DNA from: a virus
Strand: one strand, 5' to 3'
Virus record (IMG/VR): IMGVR_UViG_3300007512_000012
Location: 32,001-96,000 of that record
DNA: 64,000 nucleotides
Positions 28,892 to 36,489 of this stretch are shown here, one piece after another. The position numbers and the translations under genes are program-made. Positions within the stretch are counted from its first letter, which is position 1, and each line of letters opens with the position of its first letter. The notes below the pieces were generated by a model. It was not told where the DNA came from, did not search any database, and saw nothing but the letters and a program-made list of their open reading frames with translations.

Positions 28892-31775
28892 CTCGTAGCA
28901 CCTCCTGTGCTGCAAGATACCGAGCTGCCACGCGACGACTGCTCTGCTCGAACTCGGGGTGCTCTGCGATCATCTCACCCAGACGCAGAGTATCGGCTAG
29001 ATAGTGGAGATCGGGGCCGTCCCGGCCCTCGCTCCCCATCCGCTTGCGGAACTTCGGGATGTCCCACCGCTTCGAGACGACGTGGTCGAACACCGCCAGG
29101 ACGTGCTTGCAGGCCCGGTGCTGGCCGCTCGGGTCCTTCACCTTGGGCTTCGTCGCCAGGCCACGAGCCCGCCCGTAGAGGTAGTCGCCCTGCTTCGCGT
29201 GGAACTCCGGCCCCTGCCACTGCCAGAAGGGGCATGAGCAGCTCACCTTGACGTGGGCCTTCCGCATGTCGCGGACGTTGCCCTTGCGCAGCGCCTTGAG
29301 GCGGACCCGGTGTGCGCCCTTCGACCCCTGCACGTCGAACAGCCACACGGCGTTCTTCGAGTCCACGCGGGCGAGCCTGAGCTTGATGCCCCGGCTGCGG
29401 GCCACCAGGTCGGGGCCGCAGCCCTCGCGGATGTCGCGGATGAGGGCCGCCTGCCGCTGGATGTGCCCGGCCTCTTCACCAGGCAGGACCCGGCTGCCGG
29501 GCTCGCCCTTGACCTGGTCCTCGTGCGGGCCGAGCAGGCCGGGGTCGCCCGGCTTCTTCTTGCGGTCCCGCTTGCCCTTGCTCTTCGGCGTGCCCCGGTC
29601 GTACTTCGTGTCCGGGTCCATGTCCGGGGGCCGCTGCTCGCGGAAGAAGGTGGCGAGCACCTCGGAGGCGAGCTTGTTGACCGCCCCGTAGTAGAAGTCG
29701 TCGTCCTCGGGGTCGATGAGCTGGTCGTCGAGGGGCTCGTCTCCCCACCGCTTGTCGGTCGGGTGCATGAACTCCGACTCGATGGTGTAGAGGTTGACCA
29801 GGCTGTCGCCGATCTCCTCCGGGTCGCCATACGCCTCGATGCCGACCTCGGCGTCGATGAGGCCGAACATGGCGTCCTCGTCCTCCTCCGAGAGGAACCC
29901 GGCCACCACCAGGAACTCGCGCACGGGCATCGAGCGCAACATCCGGCTGCCAGGCTCCACCAGGTAGAAGTGGACCAGTCCGGTCATGCCGCTGATGTTG
30001 CGGACGTAGCCGAGCACCAGGTTGCCGTCTTCGGGTGCATCCGTCCGCACGAAGTCGCCCCCGAGGCCGATCTCCAGCACGAACGCGATGTCCGGGGCGG
30101 TGAGCACCTCACCGAGCCGCATCTTGAACCGCTCGGGGTGCTTGCGGCGAATCTGCTGCTGCTTCTTGAACTGCGGGTTCCGCTTGAGCCGCTTGTACCG
30201 CTTGCGCGACTGCTGCCGCGACTTCATCCGGTTGCGCTTGTAGCGCATCTTTGCCCGGATCTTGTCGATGCCTCGCTGCTTGCGACGCCGCTTGGTCGGC
30301 CGCCGCTTGAGCCGGAAGCCCGCGTAGGCCAGCCGGGTCAGCCAGGTGTCGAACAGGTCGTCGTCCTCGACGATGGGATCGTCCTCGCCGCCCTCGAACT
30401 CGAACACCTGGTCGAGGTAGGCGAACAGCTCGTCGGGGTCTTCGACGACGGCCTCGTCGAGGAACGTCCCGAGGCTCGCCGTGTCCCGGTCACCGTCGTC
30501 CCACTCGATGTGGACGGTGCCGAGCGGGCTCACCTCGATGATCTCGCCCCACTCCTCCGTGGGGAAGTGCAGGAACGGGATCTCGACGGTGGCGTATGCC
30601 CTCTTCTTCGCCTTCTCCCGCTGCCGCTTGCTGCGCTCGGCGATGTTCCGGGCTCCGCCGCCAGGCCGCCGCTTGTGCCGCTGCGGCAGCTCCTCCCGCC
30701 ACTCCTTGCGCTGGTTCCACATCCCGTGGTTGCGGAGCTGCCGCTGGCGGAGCTTCACCTTGCGGAGCTTCGGCCCCCGGTGCGTCCGATACCACTTGCG
30801 GTCGTACCGGGCGACCTGTGCCTTCTGCTCTCGCTCCCGCTGCTGGCCGGAGGGGTGGGGCGAGCGGTAGCGGGGCTTGTAGCTGATGGCCTCGCGGAAC
30901 AACCACTCGTCGTCGAACTCGTCGAACTCGCCCTCGGCCGTCATGCCGGGCCGCCGGACAGGGCCTTCCGTCCGGGCCGGGGTCGTCGGGTGGGTCTTGC
31001 CGCCGTCGTACTGACCGCCAGGCACGCCCTTCGTCCGGGCCTTGTCCTTGTGGATCGAGCCGCCGGAGTCACTGCCGGACTCGCCAGGCACGTTGAAGGT
31101 CACGGGGCCTTCGACCGGCTTCTTGCGCGACCAGGGCGGGGAGGGCAGGCCACGGGTCGGGTACTTGCCCGTCCCCGAGGTGTCGCCCGTGTCGGACTTC
31201 GTGGGGGACGGGGTCTTCGTCCACGTCTGGACCCCGAACTCCTTCTCCGGCTGGATGCCCGCATGTCGCGGGTGCAGGCCGCACATCTCCGGCCGGGGGT
31301 CCTTCATCCCCTTCCAGAACGTCGAGACGATACGGGCGACGCCCCGGTCGTTGACGAAGACCACCTGGAGGTCGCCGATGGTCTTGTCCACCCACTCGAC
31401 GGGCTCGCCGTAGTTGGTGGCCCGCTGAAAGTCGTTCCACTGCCAGGACTTCTGCGACTTCCAGTCGTTGAGCTTCTTGCTGAAGTTCCGCAGGGCGACC
31501 CGCAGGTCACCGACCGTGATGCCCCGCTGGTCCATCCGGTACTGCGCGTGGGGCGTGATCTGCATCTGCTTGAAGATGCCGCCGCCCTTCTCGCGCTCCA
31601 GGTCGTAGACCTTGCGGGCCTCGGGGTTCGTGAGCTTGCGGCCGTGCTCGACCTTCTCGGCCAGGTCGTGCTTCAGCCGGGGGCTGCGCACCTCGTCCTC
31701 GATGCGCTCGACGACCTGGCAAGGGCCACCGGGCCAGCCGAGGCTCGGGCTGAGGTCTGCGGCACGCTCCCCCAT
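28884..31775 (-). CDS. 963-aa multidomain protein: DUF4258/RelE-like domain, two Arg/Lys-rich repeats, SWIM zinc finger
   Basis: ITPHAQYRMDQRGIT; VSCSCPFW...ACKHVLAV. Confidence 0.7.
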   Translation of the reverse strand: MGERAADLSPSLGWPGGPCQVVERIEDEVRSPRLKHDLAEKVEHGRKLTNPEARKVYDLEREKGGGIFKQMQITPHAQYRMDQRGITVGDLRVALRNFSKKLNDWKSQKSWQWNDFQRATNYGEPVEWVDKTIGDLQVVFVNDRGVARIVSTFWKGMKDPRPEMCGLHPRHAGIQPEKEFGVQTWTKTPSPTKSDTGDTSGTGKYPTRGLPSPPWSRKKPVEGPVTFNVPGESGSDSGGSIHKDKARTKGVPGGQYDGGKTHPTTPARTEGPVRRPGMTAEGEFDEFDDEWLFREAISYKPRYRSPHPSGQQREREQKAQVARYDRKWYRTHRGPKLRKVKLRQRQLRNHGMWNQRKEWREELPQRHKRRPGGGARNIAERSKRQREKAKKRAYATVEIPFLHFPTEEWGEIIEVSPLGTVHIEWDDGDRDTASLGTFLDEAVVEDPDELFAYLDQVFEFEGGEDDPIVEDDDLFDTWLTRLAYAGFRLKRRPTKRRRKQRGIDKIRAKMRYKRNRMKSRQQSRKRYKRLKRNPQFKKQQQIRRKHPERFKMRLGEVLTAPDIAFVLEIGLGGDFVRTDAPEDGNLVLGYVRNISGMTGLVHFYLVEPGSRMLRSMPVREFLVVAGFLSEEDEDAMFGLIDAEVGIEAYGDPEEIGDSLVNLYTIESEFMHPTDKRWGDEPLDDQLIDPEDDDFYYGAVNKLASEVLATFFREQRPPDMDPDTKYDRGTPKSKGKRDRKKKPGDPGLLGPHEDQVKGEPGSRVLPGEEAGHIQRQAALIRDIREGCGPDLVARSRGIKLRLARVDSKNAVWLFDVQGSKGAHRVRLKALRKGNVRDMRKAHVKVSCSCPFWQWQGPEFHAKQGDYLYGRARGLATKPKVKDPSGQHRACKHVLAVFDHVVSKRWDIPKFRKRMGSEGRDGPDLHYLADTLRLGEMIAEHPEFEQSSRRVAARYLAAQEVLRDA

Positions 31776-31777
31776 CG

Positions 31778-32185
31778 TCAGCTCCCCTTGAGCTGCGCCA
31801 GCAAGTAGCGGACGGCCACTCGGTCCATGACCAGGGCCTCGTGGGAGGCGTAGCGGTGCGCTCCGCCGCCGAAGGCGGGAAGGACCGCCTCGTCCACCTG
31901 GGTCTTGTCGTGAAGGGGCAGCCGGGCTTCGAGGAACTTCTCGCCCATCTTCGTCAGGGCGAGCGACGTGCGGTCGAGGTCCAGCTCCAGCTTCTCCAGG
32001 CGACGGGGGGCCGCCTGGATGAGGTCGCCTGCCACCTGGTGCAGGTGGTCGGTGTGCTCAGACTGCTCGACGAGCTTCATCGCCCGGTTGACCAGGTGCT
32101 TGAGCCGGTGGGCCTCCACACGCGCAGCCACCACGCCCTCGGTGATGAGAGCCCAGGCTGCCTGGCTGCTCGCTGTCTTCGACAC
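31778..32185 (-). CDS. Helical hypothetical protein
   Basis: GGAGGAG RBS; C-terminal DRVAVRY. Confidence 0.7.
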   Translation of the reverse strand: MSKTASSQAAWALITEGVVAARVEAHRLKHLVNRAMKLVEQSEHTDHLHQVAGDLIQAAPRRLEKLELDLDRTSLALTKMGEKFLEARLPLHDKTQVDEAVLPAFGGGAHRYASHEALVMDRVAVRYLLAQLKGS

Positions 32186-32215
32186 GGGGGCTCCTCCGGT
32201 AGGCCGGTTCGGCTT

Positions 32216-32236
32216 CTACCTTCCGCCCCTCATAGG
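32216..32236 (-). promoter_or_regulatory. Putative late promoter CCTAT-N12-GTAG
   Basis: Exact motif upstream of 32185. Confidence 0.7.
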
Positions 32237-32253
32237 AGGACTAGCGCCCTCGG

Positions 32254-33657
32254 TCAGGCGCGCTTCTCGGCCGCTGCCGCCTGCTTGGTCAGCTTGCTGC
32301 GGATCTGCGCGGCGACCTTCGGCGACTCCTTGTCGCAGATGGCCTCGATGGCCTCGGGCCAGTCGCCGTAGAAGTCCACGGCCTCCTCCACCCGCTTGTG
32401 CCAGTTGCGGCGGGTGGACCAGCCCTCGACGATCTCGGCGATCTCCTCGTCCTCGGTCTTCGCCGGGGGCGGGGCCGGTCGCGTGCGGCCCGCGACGGCG
32501 GCGTCCGGCAGCAGGGCGGCCAGGTCGTCTCCGGCCGTCGTGACCTCGACATCGCCCGTCGCCCCGCCCTCGCCGACGTGGTCGATGCCGACGTTGCCCT
32601 CGGCCGGGACCTGCGTGGAGCCCTGGCCCCGGACCGCCTGCGCCTGGTGGGTCTGCGTGTCGTCGGGGACGACCACCGCACCGGCCTCGCGGTTCTGCGG
32701 GGTCTTCGCGACCGCCCGACCGACCTGCACCGGCTGACGCCGGGCGGCCTTCGTGACGTTCACGGCCTTGACCTCGCCCGCCTCGACGACGCCGTCGCCG
32801 ACCGTGGCACCGGACGAGAACTTGTACTCCTTGCCCACCGGGACGCCCCCGGCGTCGTCGGCGATGACCTGGTACTTGCCGCCCTTGCCCGCCCGGCGAC
32901 CACCCTGGTCGGCCGTGTCGTGCCGCGTGCCGCCCATCTCATCCCGCGTCTTCGCGGGGTCGGCCTCCTCCAGGGCGGCCTGCCTCGCTGCGATGCGGTC
33001 GCGGTTGATGCGCTCGGCTCGGGCCACCTCCGCCCGCTCGGACGGCGACGCGGCCGGGGCGTTGCCCGTGCCCGCCTGGTGGACCGGGGTGGCCTTCACG
33101 AACTGCTGCTCCTTCTCGGCGTCCTCCATGAAGATGTCCTCGACATCCGGGGACACCTCGGCAGCGTGCTCGGCTCCCGACGCGCTCATGTCCACGTCCA
33201 GGGCCTCGGTCGGCTCGGCGGCGGCGGCGGTGATGCCGAGGTCGGCCTTCCGCTGTGCCCGCTGCGCACGCAGCTCGGCCAGGCGGTTGCGGTCGCCCGA
33301 AGACGCGGCCTCGCGGATCTGCTTGGCCTCGCCCATCGTGCCGATGACCGCCTCCTCCTCGGCCGCCTCGCCCATCTCGAAGGTGTCCCCGCGCTCGCGG
33401 GCCTCCGGGGTCGCGTGGCTGACCTGCACCCCGGCGGGCTTCGCCTGGTAGGTGGTGGTCTGGTCTTCCGCGACGACGAACCAGTCGCCCAGGAGGCTCT
33501 GGAGCTGCGGGACCGCGTACTCGACGCCCGCGTAGCGCACGGTCTGGCCGTCGTAGTCGAACTCATCGGCCTCGGCGATGTCCATTTCGTACTTGCCGAC
33601 GTGGATCTTGTTCGTCGCCCGGTACGTCTTGAACTGGCCTCGCTTGAACTTGCTCAT
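32254..33657 (-). CDS. Hypothetical protein (467 aa, largely low complexity)
   Basis: GGAGG RBS; codon bias consistent with neighbours. Confidence 0.75.
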   Translation of the reverse strand: MSKFKRGQFKTYRATNKIHVGKYEMDIAEADEFDYDGQTVRYAGVEYAVPQLQSLLGDWFVVAEDQTTTYQAKPAGVQVSHATPEARERGDTFEMGEAAEEEAVIGTMGEAKQIREAASSGDRNRLAELRAQRAQRKADLGITAAAAEPTEALDVDMSASGAEHAAEVSPDVEDIFMEDAEKEQQFVKATPVHQAGTGNAPAASPSERAEVARAERINRDRIAARQAALEEADPAKTRDEMGGTRHDTADQGGRRAGKGGKYQVIADDAGGVPVGKEYKFSSGATVGDGVVEAGEVKAVNVTKAARRQPVQVGRAVAKTPQNREAGAVVVPDDTQTHQAQAVRGQGSTQVPAEGNVGIDHVGEGGATGDVEVTTAGDDLAALLPDAAVAGRTRPAPPPAKTEDEEIAEIVEGWSTRRNWHKRVEEAVDFYGDWPEAIEAICDKESPKVAAQIRSKLTKQAAAAEKRA

Positions 33658-33725
33658 CTAGATCGTCCTCCGCCTGGAGTATGGCCCCATGAACGGGGTG
33701 GAACCTGTGAACCCTACCCGGCCAC

Positions 33726-34001
33726 TCACAGACCTTCCTCGCGAGCAGCAGAAACGCTACCCGCCTGGATGTCTGCTTCCAGCGCACCACTGATCTTGTC
33801 GCGGATGACGGGCAAGAAGACCTTGCGGACCGGGACCCTCGCAACGACCTTCGCCTGCCGCTCACTGGCCGAGTAGACCAGGAACTCCAGCAGGCACCGG
33901 CCATCCGCCGTGTCGTTGAACCGGAAGGCGTTGGCGAACACACCGAAGGCCAGGCGGGGGTCCACAACCACCTCGCAGACGACCCGATCCTGTCTCGGCA
34001 T
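33726..34001 (-). CDS. Hypothetical protein, DUF3467-like; paralog of 22035-22352
   Basis: GVFANAFR...LLEFLVYS...AKVVARVPV. Confidence 0.6.
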   Translation of the reverse strand: MPRQDRVVCEVVVDPRLAFGVFANAFRFNDTADGRCLLEFLVYSASERQAKVVARVPVRKVFLPVIRDKISGALEADIQAGSVSAAREEGL

Positions 34002-34013
34002 GTCGGCTCCCGG

Positions 34014-34703
34014 CTACTGGGCCTCCTTCCACTCCGCCAGAGCCTCCGCCAGATCATCCGATCCGTCCGGGGGGCTGTCCGCGTCGAGCAGGAAGCCTTC
34101 AGCCTCCTGCACTACCCGCAGAAGTCGGTCCATCTTGCGGCTGGTCTCCTCGATGTGGTCGCCCGTCAGGCTCTCGTCCAGCCGCCGCAGGACATCGACG
34201 ACATCGCGGGGCGCTCCGTCCGAAGGCATCTCGCGAAGAACCGCCAGCGTCTCGCGCGCAGCGACCAGGTGGTCCCTCGGGGCCAGCAGGAGCCCCAGCC
34301 GCCTGTTGATGCCGTCGAGGACTTTGCTGTGCTCCGCGATGAGGGCCGTCAGGTGCTCCCTCTGCTTCTGGTGCTCGGCCTCCAGCTCGTCCTTCGTCTT
34401 GCGGAACTCCAGCTCCATCTGGCGGGCACGCTCCTCCCGAGCGTTCGCCTGCTGCCAGAGCTGCTGCTTGATGTCGCCCGCGAGCGATGCCGTGGTGTCG
34501 AGGTTGTCGGCGAAATCGCCCAAGCTCGACAGGAGCTTCCCAAGCGCCCCTGCCCCGTCCTGAACGTCACGCGGCAGGGTGACGTTCCCGCTGTACTGCG
34601 CATTCGTCAGGGCTTCACCGAGATCCCGCATCATCGTGCCGAAGTCGCTCACGGGTTGCCCCTCCGATGTCTGATTGAACGCGGTCGTTCCGAGCATGGG
34701 CAT
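34014..34703 (-). CDS. Coiled-coil hypothetical protein
   Basis: Long heptad region. Confidence 0.6.
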   Translation of the reverse strand: MPMLGTTAFNQTSEGQPVSDFGTMMRDLGEALTNAQYSGNVTLPRDVQDGAGALGKLLSSLGDFADNLDTTASLAGDIKQQLWQQANAREERARQMELEFRKTKDELEAEHQKQREHLTALIAEHSKVLDGINRRLGLLLAPRDHLVAARETLAVLREMPSDGAPRDVVDVLRRLDESLTGDHIEETSRKMDRLLRVVQEAEGFLLDADSPPDGSDDLAEALAEWKEAQ

Positions 34704-34770
34704 GGGCCATCTACTCCCTGCCCCGCCTCACGGAACCCCCTGGCCGGGTAGAACAAGGCAGGAGAACACC

Positions 34771-35373
34771 ATGACCAAGCCCCACGAACTCGTCGCCCTC
34801 ATCGACATGGACGGCACCGTCGCCGACTTCGACGGAGCCATGCGACGGGACCTCGCCACCCTCACCAGCCCCGGCGAGCAGGTGATCGCCGCCGGACCGG
34901 ACGACTCCGACGAGCCGCTCTGGCTGAAGGCCCGCAAGAAGCTCACCAAGACCCAGCCGGGCTGGTGGCGGAACCTGCCCGTGTACGGCATCGGGATGGC
35001 GGCCTACACCCACCTGCGCGTCGGGGATGTGCTCGCGGCACCACTCGACCTTCTCGGTCCACGCCTGCGTGCTGCGGTACGGCCCCTTGGTCAGGACCAT
35101 CATCGTGAAGCCCGCGTCGCGCAGGTGACCATCACCGAGGACAAGGGCCTGGTCTACGGCAAGGTGCTGGTAGACGACTGGCCCGCCTACGGCATCCGCT
35201 GGTTGGAGTGGCGGCCTCGTGGCCTGCTGGTGGTCCCGGCCTGGCCCTGGAACACGCTCGACCAGTACCCCGAGCACCTACACCCGAACATCATCCGGCT
35301 CACCGGGGACTGGCCCACGGAGCTTCCCCTGCTGCTGGAGCGCATCGCGGCCATCAAGGAGAGCGCACGCTGA
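34771..35373 (+). CDS. HAD-family 5'(3')-deoxyribonucleotidase with an internal segment inverted
   Basis: LIDMDGTVADF (motif I) and DK..VYGKVLVDD (motifs III/IV) on plus; the motif II segment (VLTKGP...AWTEKVEWC) is on the minus strand at 35021-35117. Confidence 0.85.
   Translation: MTKPHELVALIDMDGTVADFDGAMRRDLATLTSPGEQVIAAGPDDSDEPLWLKARKKLTKTQPGWWRNLPVYGIGMAAYTHLRVGDVLAAPLDLLGPRLRAAVRPLGQDHHREARVAQVTITEDKGLVYGKVLVDDWPAYGIRWLEWRPRGLLVVPAWPWNTLDQYPEHLHPNIIRLTGDWPTELPLLLERIAAIKESAR
35011..35127. repeat. Perfect 10-bp inverted repeats flanking a 97-bp inverted segment
   Basis: CACCTGCGCG at 35011-35020 and CGCGCAGGTG at 35118-35127. Confidence 0.9.
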
Positions 35374-35385
35374 TCGGGGCGTCTT

Positions 35386-35428
35386 AAACGACGAAACCCA
35401 CCGGCCTCCCGAAGGGGCTACGGTGGGT
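35386..35428 (-). terminator. Terminator hairpin, possibly bidirectional
   Basis: Stem ACCCACCG...CGGTGGGT with an inner C-UUCG-G loop, then TTCGTCGTTT. Confidence 0.65.
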
Positions 35429-35857
35429 CCGCAGATGACTGTCACCGGCTGCGGCCTTGTGGGGCCGTTCCCGATGTTGTCCCCGTCCTCCCTTGGGAGG
35501 CCGACTTCCGCAACCGCTCTCGCGGGCTGCTTCCGCCAGACCGAGTCAGGTGAAGGTGATGGTCCCTTCTTCCTCGGCGTGGGTTTCGACCGGAGTTTCC
35601 TCCAGCCAGGTATTGGGCTTGAACCCCTCTACCCTGACCCCTTGTTCAAGAGGGGTCCCATCGTTGAGGCCAGCGGCTAACTGACCCCCTACTCTGCCGC
35701 CTGCTCCCCTTGCCACGGGGTCGGCCTGCGGTAGAGGCCCCGCCGGGTTTCCCCTTTGGAGCGCGCCAGGATGGCTGTCCTGGCTTCCGGTTCGGGGTGA
35801 CTGCGGTGCCTAGTCCCGTCTGCCTCGAACCGTGCCGCTCGGGTCTCCCCGTGCAGC
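35390..35857 (-). ncRNA. Candidate large structured non-coding RNA (~470 nt), family unassigned
   Basis: Own promoter and terminator, no credible ORF, about 12 consecutive hairpins with several GNRA tetraloops. Confidence 0.7.
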
Positions 35858-35864
35858 GAGGGAG

Positions 35865-35893
35865 GTTCTAAACGACCTGGACTCGGGGGTCAA
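35865..35893 (-). promoter_or_regulatory. Sigma70-type promoter TTGACC-N17-TAGAAC with an upstream A-tract
   Basis: Exact 17-bp spacing; AAAAAA tract upstream; points into the structured region. Confidence 0.7.
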
Positions 35894-35914
35894 GCGGTTC
35901 CCGAACTTTTTTCG

Positions 35915-36127
35915 TCAGCGACGAGTTCGGCGGGTGCGTGCCCGGAGGATTCGGTCAGCGTGTGCCTCGATGGCCCGGTTGATCCGGTTGTCGCTGAAGA
36001 AGGGGATCGGCTCTCCCCGGAGCATCCGGTGGGCCAGGGTCTTGATCTTCCCGAAGCGCATCATCCCGTCCAATCAGTTGTCGATGATGAGGGCGGCCAG
36101 CAGGTAGGTGATCGTGCGCGTCGTCAT
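35915..36127 (-). pseudogene. Small ORF interrupted by an in-frame TGA (or a 17-aa leader plus a 49-aa ORF)
   Basis: GGAG RBS; MTTRTITYLLAALIIDN*LDGMMRFGKIK...RTRR*; TGA at 36074-36076. Confidence 0.4.
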
Positions 36128-36151
36128 GCTCGGGTTCTCCAATCCGTTCTG

Positions 36152-36232
36152 CCCCTACTACTGGCCTGCTCCGGCGGCTGAGCCCCGAGATCGAAAAAAG
36201 TTCGAGGGCTCAGAAAAAGCCGCTGGTCGGTG
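36152..36232. promoter_or_regulatory. Second copy of the back-to-back GGCTCAG-N12-GCCAGTAG element
   Basis: Minus strand TTTCTGAGCCCTCGAACTTTTTTCGATCTCGGGGCTCAG-N12-GCCAGTAGTAGGGG aligns with 13663-13726. Confidence 0.6.
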
Positions 36233-36390
36233 GTGATGGTGAAGGCAGGAAGCGAGGCCCCGACAGCCCTTCCCCTCCTGCCGCCACGACGAAGGAGGCC
36301 GGATGAAGTGACGACCGATGCGACAGAATCCATTCCGTCTGACGGCCCCCGGTAGTACCCCTGCCGGGGTGTCCGTCGTTGTGGGGAGCC

Positions 36391-36434
36391 GAAACGACAG
36401 CACCCCCGGAGGCCGAAGCCGCCGGGGGTGCGTC
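36391..36434 (-). terminator. Terminator after the major capsid gene
   Basis: Stem GCACCCCCGG/CCGGGGGTGC with an inner UUCG loop and a TGTCGTTTC tail. Confidence 0.75.
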
Positions 36435-36489
36435 GAGTGGTGTCCCGAAGGAGCGGCCGGGTCACCGACCGCTCCTCACCGGCCCGCTA

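Noticed and set aside
34711-35277. Minus-strand 188-aa ORF containing a real-looking nucleotidase segment
   Set aside because: Only 35021-35117 is meaningful, and it belongs to the plus-strand gene as an inverted segment
35588-35607. GGAGGAAACUCCGG resembling the RNase P GAGGAAAGUCC motif
   Set aside because: It forms a local GAAA hairpin in mid-molecule, and I found no matching 3' P4 strand, so RNase P is not supported by eye
35219-35684. ORFs of 153 and 75 aa across the structured region
   Set aside because: No RBS, atypical codon use and no motifs; the hairpin pattern is better explained as RNA structure
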